IMG/VR virus record: IMGVR_UViG_2529292920_000001
Span: 1-9,861 of that record
Origin: a virus
Taxonomy: Duplodnaviria > Heunggongvirae > Uroviricota > Caudoviricetes
Strand: one strand, 5' to 3'
Length of the DNA: 9,861 nt
The notes beneath the pieces were generated by a model. That model was given only the letters and a program-made list of their open reading frames with translations, searched no databases and was not told where the DNA came from. Each line of letters opens with the position of its first letter. Position 1 is the first letter of the stretch. The translations under genes and the position numbers were made by a program. This document shows positions 1-9,861 of the stretch, one piece after another.

Positions 1-2
1 GG

Positions 3-1573
<1,571 letters not shown>

Positions 1574-1723
1574 CCATAAAGTTTCGACAACTAAAAAAAG
1601 AGAGTGCTGAACTTCATTAAAGAGTTGCATCCGGTACTGGCTAACATTATATTTATATACGACTAGTATATAGGGGGGCGCGCTGTTAATCTCATTTTAA
1701 TGAGACATATCAGTGCTTGAAGG

Positions 1724-1757
1724 GAGAGGGCGGAGTTCGGCTTTGCCCTCTCTTTTT
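1724..1757 (+). terminator. Candidate Rho-independent terminator for the ATPase/HNH operon
   Basis: Stem GAGAGGGC (1724-1731) pairs with GCCCTCTC (1745-1752) around a 13-nt loop, followed by TTTTT (1753-1757); about 150 nt downstream of the HNH gene stop. Confidence 0.5.
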
Positions 1758-1792
1758 CATGACTCCATTTAGCTTCAAATACTTGTTAAAAC

Positions 1793-2089
1793 TCATTGCA
1801 TTATTGCAACAGATTGATTAATAATTCCAATTAATGTGTTTATTTTTTCATTTATCTTAATGTGTTTTTTCTCTTGTTCAAGAGAAAGCTTCCTGAATTC
1901 ATTTTTCCTGCTCGGCACAGCAACTATCAATTCTTCATAAATCTCCTTTGCTCCTGATACTTTCGCCAACTCACTGCTGTGTTTTTCAATAAGAGAATTT
2001 ATTTGGATGTTTATATTCCTGTGTTCATGACTGGTAGCACTTGAAACAAGTTGACAGGAAGGCTTTGGGGTTGCCTCAATTAATTCCAC
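1793..2089 (-). CDS. Hypothetical protein, 98 aa, predicted helical
   Basis: ORF in the AT-rich stretch, 21 nt downstream of the 80 aa ORF on the same strand. Start is GTG (2087-2089) with no clear Shine-Dalgarno; no recognisable motif. Confidence 0.3.
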   Translation of the reverse strand: MELIEATPKPSCQLVSSATSHEHRNINIQINSLIEKHSSELAKVSGAKEIYEELIVAVPSRKNEFRKLSLEQEKKHIKINEKINTLIGIINQSVAIMQ

Positions 2090-2110
2090 GCATGTTATTG
2101 CGACATTGAA

Positions 2111-2353
2111 TTAAGATGTGGTTGAGTATAAATATTGATACACTCCTGTTTTTCTTACTTTGTTTAATAGTCCTTTTTTAACCAGGTATTGAATTTGATT
2201 ATAAGTAAAAGCTTTTGCCTTTAAATAAGTTTTCGGAAGTGAAAATCGCTCGATAAGAATTTTTGCTACATCGTTACTGGTGAAGTTATCTTTGCCAATG
2301 TAGATGATTGCAGAAAATATGTACGACTCAGAGTTGGTTACTCGACTATTCAT
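2111..2353 (-). CDS. Hypothetical small protein, 80 aa, possibly winged-helix DNA-binding
   Basis: ATG at 2351-2353 (minus strand), divergent from the HTH gene. A candidate -35 TTGTCT / -10 TATACT pair (18-nt spacer) lies on the minus strand upstream, overlapping the palindromic operators. Sequence pattern (VAKILIERFSLPKTYL...YLVKKGLL) loosely suggests a wHTH fold; not verified. Confidence 0.4.
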   Translation of the reverse strand: MNSRVTNSESYIFSAIIYIGKDNFTSNDVAKILIERFSLPKTYLKAKAFTYNQIQYLVKKGLLNKVRKTGVYQYLYSTTS

Positions 2354-2375
2354 ATGACTAGAACAAGGCTGTTGA

Positions 2376-2424
2376 CTTAGGATTGCTAAGTATACAACAA
2401 TGACAGATACTTAGACAATCTAAG
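2376..2424. promoter_or_regulatory. Two copies of a 15-bp palindromic operator-like site (CTTAG-N5-CTAAG) in a divergent promoter region
   Basis: CTTAGgattgCTAAG at 2376-2390 and CTTAGacaatCTAAG at 2410-2424, centres 34 bp apart. A larger inverted repeat CTAAGTAT (2386-2393) / ATACTTAG (2407-2414) links them. They sit between the divergent starts at 2353 (-) and 2451 (+). Confidence 0.5.
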
Positions 2425-2450
2425 CATCCGAGGCCAATGAAGATGAATCA

Positions 2451-2783
2451 GTGTCTGAAAAAAATCCGATACCAGAACGACTTAAGGAAGCGAGATGCAG
2501 GGCGGGTTTATCACAGCGCTCTCTGGGTCTCCTTGTTGGCTTTGATCCCGCATCGGCTAGCAGTCGTATGAATCATTATGAGAAAGGACGCCATGTCCCC
2601 GATATTGATACACTTCGAAGGATGGCGGCAGAGTTAAACGTGCCGTTGAACTACTTTTTTTGTGATGATCAGACAACAGCAGAACTTGCATTACTCATAT
2701 CCCGGATGACAGAGGAAGAGCGAAGTAGCCTTATCGAAGCACTCAAAACGTGTTCAGGTGTAAAACATGCTGACAAAAAATGA
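2451..2783 (+). CDS. XRE-family helix-turn-helix transcriptional regulator, 110 aa
   Basis: N-terminal Cro/C1-type HTH pattern (LKEARCRAGLSQRSLGLLVG ... MNHYEKGRHVPDIDTLRRMAAELNVPLNYFF). GTG start at 2451, so the exact start is uncertain. Stop TGA at 2781-2783 overlaps the next gene. Confidence 0.7.
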   Translation: MSEKNPIPERLKEARCRAGLSQRSLGLLVGFDPASASSRMNHYEKGRHVPDIDTLRRMAAELNVPLNYFFCDDQTTAELALLISRMTEEERSSLIEALKTCSGVKHADKK

Positions 2784-2961
2784 TGTTATACAAAAGGCTA
2801 TTGATCTTTTTGAAGGTAACGAAAGTGCAGCATTAAACTGGTGCAATGAACCAAACAGAGCATTACAGTGGAAAACGCCCTCTGAGATAATGGACTCAGA
2901 AGAGGGGGCGTTGAAAGTTGCCATGCTCATTTTTCGAATAGAGCAAGGCGTTTATTCATGA
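2767..2961 (+). CDS. Small DUF2384-like protein (Xre/MbcA/ParS antitoxin toxin-binding domain-like), 64 aa
   Basis: Own ribosome-binding site AGGTG (2756-2760) 6 nt before ATG at 2767. Pattern ALNWCNEPNRALQWKTPSEIMDSEEGALKVAMLIFRIEQG resembles the DUF2384 toxin-binding domain (recalled, not searched). It overlaps the HTH gene by 17 nt in the +1 frame. Confidence 0.5.
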   Translation: MLTKNDVIQKAIDLFEGNESAALNWCNEPNRALQWKTPSEIMDSEEGALKVAMLIFRIEQGVYS

Positions 2962-2975
2962 TTTACGACCCATCT

Positions 2976-3004
2976 AATTTCTCCAACTAACGGTTGGAGA
3001 AATT
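2976..3004. terminator. Strong hairpin between convergent genes, candidate bidirectional terminator
   Basis: Perfect 12-bp stem AATTTCTCCAAC (2976-2987) / GTTGGAGAAATT (2993-3004) with 5-nt loop TAACG, between the + gene ending at 2961 and the - gene ending at 3078. A/T-rich stem flanks but no long T-tract. Confidence 0.4.
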
Positions 3005-3077
3005 TGGGAAGGTAAGCAATATACAGAATGACGGAAAGAAATCGTCCATGCCCTTTGTCGAAAAATTACAACCAGCA

Positions 3078-3512
3078 TTATGACGACTTGTGTAACTCCC
3101 GAATTACATGTTTGGCCAACAGACTTTCCACCGGAATAACCGTATTGATTTTTACCGCTTTGACAATTTCTATCAACGACAGGGTATTCTGCGCCAGTTG
3201 GTCTCGCAGCTCACTGACTTCCGCCTGCAACTGCTGGTTTCTGGCCAGCAAGGCCTGACGGGTTTTGCGGTTGACGTATTGCTGTTTTTCTTTTGGGCGT
3301 AGATTCAATGGGCCAAGTTGCTGATCAACATAGGCAGCAATTAGGCGTTTTCGCTCAAGGCTGCTCAGCGTACTTAAACCACCGTTAACGATACCTTTTG
3401 CCTTGAGCCGAATATGCAGGGCCTTGGCGGAAATAGGGGACTTGTCAAAGCCTTCAACCAGCATCAGTTGTAATTCGTGCTCGATCAGTGTGTCCAGTTC
3501 CTTGCCGCGCAT
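3078..3512 (-). CDS. Small coiled-coil accessory protein of the recombinase operon (TnpC-like by position), 144 aa
   Basis: ATG (3510-3512) overlaps the stop of the upstream 424 aa gene in an ATGA arrangement. C-terminal half predicted coiled coil (ARNQQLQAEVSELRDQLAQ). No catalytic motif recognised. Confidence 0.5.
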   Translation of the reverse strand: MRGKELDTLIEHELQLMLVEGFDKSPISAKALHIRLKAKGIVNGGLSTLSSLERKRLIAAYVDQQLGPLNLRPKEKQQYVNRKTRQALLARNQQLQAEVSELRDQLAQNTLSLIEIVKAVKINTVIPVESLLAKHVIRELHKSS

Positions 3513-4786
3513 CAGTCGTTCTCCTGCATCAATTGTTGGTATTCAAGTGCAAAAAGCTGGGCCAGTGTACGGACTTTGCCCTCGGTGATTACTCCACCAG
3601 ACAACACACTCTCCGCAGCAACCAGTTGTTGAGTCTTGGCACGACGCTGCCATTGTGCTTGTATTGCCTCGAGTTGCTGTAACCGTCGTTCGATGTCGGC
3701 CAGTCTGGTCTGGTAGTCAGGCTGATGTTGTGTAAGTTGGGTCAACTTCGAATGTGCTTGCTGTAACGCCTGTTTTTTGGCAATCAGATTGGGTAGCTCA
3801 TCTATCCGGCCTGTCAGCGTGAAATGTTCACAAAAGGCAGCACTCTGGCATTTCAGTCGATAAGGACATCCCCAGAGGTTAACTTCCCGCATACAGGAGC
3901 CAAATTTCAGCGGATACATCACGGCATGTCTTGCCACCATGGCAGAGGCTTGCTCTGGTCCTTCTGCGTCGCGGATTTCTTCAAAGGCGGCAGCAACATC
4001 TTCAAAGAGGCCGTCAGCAAATGACGCCTCGACAAACCTAGCTACATCATCCCGATCGTCAAAAGTATGCAGGTTGGCTTTGATGGTATTGTCCAAAGTC
4101 ATGTGTTCCGTGACCGCCAGTTGGCCGGTCCGTTTGACGATTTCCAGTGGCGTAGCAACGGAGGACGAAGAGGGCGCGGCAGTTAGTGCTGTCGATATCG
4201 GCTGCAAGGGCACCAACGAGGCTGCTTTTCGCCGTTCTGCAAGCGCCAGATGCTGATAGTGCTGATTCTGCGTGATGTCCACTCTCCCCATCAGCATTGC
4301 CTGTAAGTGGTCAGCGATATCCGCAATGGCAAGAAAGGTATTGATGTTGTGCCGGGGAATGTGGGTACGCATCCGGGTGGGGGTACCATTCTCTTCCAGT
4401 AATTGATATTTGCTGAATACTGATCCATCAGGCTCAACATTGCCTAAAAATTTATTCATAAGTGTGTTAGTGAAGGGTATCGGTATAGCCAGCAAAGCCA
4501 GTGTGCGCTTTAATGCCAGCGAACCCTTCTCATGTAGAAATAACAGGTCTTCGTAGTTAACTTCGTAGCGTTTGCCATTTTCCATCCAGGCGTGCGTACA
4601 GGGTTCGTTGGCATTCGTCAGGCCAAATTCGGTCTTGATGTAATGATTAAGGTCAGTCTTGGAATAGAGGATTTTTAGGCCGAAAATGATGTAGTAGAAA
4701 TATCGAGGATCAATTTCCTGAGTTTCAAGGTAATTTTGAAATACTTTCAACAAATGCAGGTGTATAAATGGTACTATTCGACTCAT
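3512..4786 (-). CDS. Atypical tyrosine recombinase-like protein with C-terminal Cys-cluster/coiled-coil extension, 424 aa
   Basis: Residues ~142-180 read HIPRHNINTFLAIADIADHLQAMLMGRVDITQNQHYQHL, which aligns with tyrosine-recombinase box II (HxxRH ... LLGH ... Y), with Arg in place of the usual His and a candidate catalytic Tyr at ~177. A ~245 aa C-terminal extension follows, with C-x7-C-x5-C-x5-C-x-H and a Gln/Leu-rich coiled coil. Start is 9 nt after the upstream recombinase stop, without a Shine-Dalgarno. Confidence 0.6.
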   Translation of the reverse strand: MSRIVPFIHLHLLKVFQNYLETQEIDPRYFYYIIFGLKILYSKTDLNHYIKTEFGLTNANEPCTHAWMENGKRYEVNYEDLLFLHEKGSLALKRTLALLAIPIPFTNTLMNKFLGNVEPDGSVFSKYQLLEENGTPTRMRTHIPRHNINTFLAIADIADHLQAMLMGRVDITQNQHYQHLALAERRKAASLVPLQPISTALTAAPSSSSVATPLEIVKRTGQLAVTEHMTLDNTIKANLHTFDDRDDVARFVEASFADGLFEDVAAAFEEIRDAEGPEQASAMVARHAVMYPLKFGSCMREVNLWGCPYRLKCQSAAFCEHFTLTGRIDELPNLIAKKQALQQAHSKLTQLTQHQPDYQTRLADIERRLQQLEAIQAQWQRRAKTQQLVAAESVLSGGVITEGKVRTLAQLFALEYQQLMQEND

Positions 4787-4794
4787 TTAACTGT

Positions 4795-6252
4795 TTATTG
4801 ATTCGACTCATATGCACTCCATTCGTCACATACATGAGAAAAGGTTGCTCTCAGGGCCTCGTTATCCATAGCGATTCGGTGAAGATTGGCCGTATTAGCC
4901 TGCTGTGATAGAAATCTTTTGGCATAAACATCAGGCATATGGCTATTGTGACTCCAGCCGCCAAGCAGTCGTAATTCATCCTTGGCTTCATCCATTAATC
5001 CAACGATAGAAAAATCCATGACAGCCTGGAGTGAGTCGGCCTTAGTTTTTTGAAGTTTTTCACGATAAATGCGTTGAAGTGTCAAATAAGCCCAGGTATG
5101 CCGGGTTATATGAGGCGAGATGCTTTCAATGGCATCATAATATTCATCTGTTTTATATTCAGGATACCGCACACTCATAATGTCATCAATCCGGGTAAAG
5201 ATATCATAAACTGCATGGTATGACAGTGGCGGGTGTGGTTTTTGGGTGGAAGTGAACAGAAAACTATGGGAGGCTTGAGGGCGAATTTTATTGATATATA
5301 TATTTAGAAAATGAAAGTCCAGTTTATCTAATGCCAGCACCCGGTTTGCATAGACATTTTTTAATGAAGGCAATCTTTTTCGCTGATCCGAAACGTCGTC
5401 ATCTACTGTGGTCACAATCAGGCTGAACTGATCCCCTCGGAGATTTGGTTTGATCGAATGACACTCCAAAAGCAGTAATTCACTGACACGCAATCCGTAA
5501 TTTAAAAGCAATCTGCAAATCAGAAAATTACGTAGCTGGATTTCACCAGCGGGGAAGGGATTAAGTGGGTTTTTCTTTGAAATTGAACCGGGTGTAATGA
5601 TTTGGTAAAAAGCCATGACCATCTCAGCAGTCAGACTTCGAAAGCGCTTATGGGTCGTGCCATTGTTCATCTGACGAGAATGGGTAAGAGTACGGAATTC
5701 TGCTTTATGTATCGATAACCGTCCCGTTAACTGCGTGGCAAGTCGTGTGAGCTCTTTAGGTGAGCCATCTATATATCTCGGCGAGATATACGTGTTAATC
5801 AAATATCTGATAAAACGAATAACCGAATGTACATGCCTGATATTTGTACGACGTTGAGGCGTGGTCTGCGTCGTAGACCTTATGGTTAACGCTGGTACAT
5901 ATAAATGCGTATTTTCCAGATAATGAAAAAAGGCTGTAAGTTCATCAATGGCAATCAATGGATTGTGGTTCGAGGAATAGAAACTGAAGCAAAAAGTCAC
6001 GCCATGGTGCCAGAATTCATAGAAAAACTTGAGCGCTTGAAGTGAAGAGGATTGCGTGGCTGATGAACGCAAAGCAAGATGGTCTATAAGATATATTAAC
6101 GGATATAAAAGCGGCTGGCGCGTGTGAGTATCCATCAGTGCCCATAAACGCTGCCGTTGGTTGATATTGAGTTGTGTGAGTATGAACACGCGGCATTTAA
6201 CCATCGTAAATGGTGTGGGTATGAACAAAGTAACCGACAAACATAACGTCAT
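4795..6252 (-). CDS. Tyrosine recombinase / integrase, 485 aa
   Basis: Box I-like GLRVSELLLLECHSI, box II HITRHTWAYLTL, and LLGGWSHNSHMPDVYAKRF giving the LGH-like motif and a catalytic Tyr near the C-terminus. No Shine-Dalgarno before the annotated ATG, so the true start may be internal. Confidence 0.8.
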   Translation of the reverse strand: MTLCLSVTLFIPTPFTMVKCRVFILTQLNINQRQRLWALMDTHTRQPLLYPLIYLIDHLALRSSATQSSSLQALKFFYEFWHHGVTFCFSFYSSNHNPLIAIDELTAFFHYLENTHLYVPALTIRSTTQTTPQRRTNIRHVHSVIRFIRYLINTYISPRYIDGSPKELTRLATQLTGRLSIHKAEFRTLTHSRQMNNGTTHKRFRSLTAEMVMAFYQIITPGSISKKNPLNPFPAGEIQLRNFLICRLLLNYGLRVSELLLLECHSIKPNLRGDQFSLIVTTVDDDVSDQRKRLPSLKNVYANRVLALDKLDFHFLNIYINKIRPQASHSFLFTSTQKPHPPLSYHAVYDIFTRIDDIMSVRYPEYKTDEYYDAIESISPHITRHTWAYLTLQRIYREKLQKTKADSLQAVMDFSIVGLMDEAKDELRLLGGWSHNSHMPDVYAKRFLSQQANTANLHRIAMDNEALRATFSHVCDEWSAYESNQ

Positions 6253-6506
6253 GCAAGAAGAAGATAGAGGGATAGGTAAGTGTATGATTGATCGTAGTCT
6301 GTGGCTGGTTATGAACTAAATGAACGGCGGACTAAATTTAACATAATATACATTATGCGCACTGTTATCAGGACTGATGAAAACCGAAGGCCAGTCATCA
6401 CCAGAATTGCTGTAACCCATCAATTTCATCAACTGGCCACATCAATGCATGGACGACTCACGCCTTGCGTCGTTCGTCTCGATAGCTGCCCTTTAAAAGC
6501 GGCCTG

Positions 6507-6534
6507 GCAGGAAGCGCGTTGCGCTGTCTCCTGC
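6507..6534. other. Imperfect GC-rich hairpin in the recombinase/phage junction
   Basis: GCAGGA-AGCGC-gtt-GCGCT-(gtc)-TCCTGC: outer 6-bp and inner 5-bp stems with a 3-nt bulge. Shares the core CGCGTTGCG with the palindrome at 6607-6623. Confidence 0.35.
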
Positions 6535-6606
6535 TGCTCTGTAATTTCTCCCTGGCTTCGGCGGTCAGGCAGCTGCATCACATGAAACATCATCATGCCG
6601 CCTTAC

Positions 6607-6622
6607 ATGCCGCGTTGCGGCA

Positions 6623-6623
<1 letters not shown>
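6607..6623. other. Palindrome ATGCCGC-gtt-GCGGCAT abutting the pIV gene stop
   Basis: 7-bp arms with a 3-nt spacer, ending at the first base of the pIV stop codon (6623-6625). No T-tract follows on the minus strand, so it is not a canonical intrinsic terminator. Confidence 0.3.
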
Positions 6624-8937
<2,314 letters not shown>

Positions 8938-8951
8938 AAATCACCCTCTTA

Positions 8952-9235
<284 letters not shown>

Positions 9236-9252
9236 AATTCACCACCTGATTA

Positions 9253-9861
<609 letters not shown>

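Larger units (their letters stand above)
3078..6252 (-). mobile_element. Three-gene site-specific recombination module (two tyrosine recombinases plus small protein), Tn554-like organisation
   Basis: Gene order large recombinase, second recombinase, small protein, with 9-nt and 4-nt junctions, resembles tnpA-tnpB-tnpC of Tn554-family elements. Element boundaries are not identifiable within the window. Confidence 0.45.

Noticed and set aside
1654-1705. AT-rich palindromes TATATAC-gacta-GTATATA (1654-1672) and TCTCATT-tt-AATGAGA (1690-1705)
   Set aside because: Short AT-rich inverted repeats arise easily by chance in AT-rich DNA; there is no adjacent gene start or second copy to support an operator or terminal-repeat role.
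2372-2396. Sigma70-like promoter TTGACT (2372-2377) with TATACA (2391-2396) for the HTH gene
   Set aside because: Spacer is only 13 nt, too short for a functional -35/-10 pair; the real promoter for the plus-strand operon is not confidently identifiable.
2962-3077. Expected RES-type toxin gene downstream of the DUF2384-like ORF
   Set aside because: Only about 115 bp of non-coding sequence with a hairpin separates it from the convergent recombinase operon; the 76 aa plus-strand ORF at 3028-3258 is antisense to the recombinase operon and has no RES-like motif.
3028-4256. Several plus-strand ORFs (3028-3258, 3108-3302, 3403-3588, 3488-3682, 3824-4024, 3939-4256)
   Set aside because: All lie antisense within the recombinase operon genes, are short, and have low-complexity or Cys/Ser/Arg-rich translations typical of spurious frames.
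6301-6585. 94 aa plus-strand ORF in the recombinase/phage junction
   Set aside because: Lies in a hairpin-rich GC-rich non-coding region; Arg/Cys-rich translation without motifs; more likely structured DNA than a gene.

Overview
The window appears to be a mosaic accessory region with three parts, annotated from sequence and motif recognition only (no database search was possible). (1) Positions 1-1573, + strand: the 3' portion of an ABC/SMC-type ATPase gene (open to the window start) followed 2 nt later by a small HNH-type nuclease gene, an organisation matching Septu PtuA/PtuB-like defence modules. (2) Positions 1574-3077: an AT-rich stretch with two small minus-strand ORFs (98 and 80 aa), a divergent intergenic region carrying two copies of the palindrome CTTAG-N5-CTAAG, and a + strand pair of overlapping small genes (XRE-type HTH protein plus a DUF2384-like antitoxin-domain protein) with no RES-type toxin partner nearby. 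(3) Positions 3078-6252, - strand: an operon of two tandem tyrosine recombinases (485 and 424 aa) and a 144 aa coiled-coil protein, coupled by short overlaps, reminiscent of Tn554-type TnpA/TnpB/TnpC modules. A structured GC-rich junction (6253-6622) separates this from a filamentous-phage (inovirus) morphogenesis block on the - strand: pIV secretin, pI/Zot-like assembly ATPase, a pVI-like membrane protein and the 3' part of a pIII-like adsorption protein. The pIII-like gene contains a near-perfect 18-bp tandem repeat array encoding a Gly-Thr/Ser linker. The best candidates for something undescribed are the small-gene locus between the ATPase/HNH pair and the recombinases, and the atypical 424 aa recombinase.
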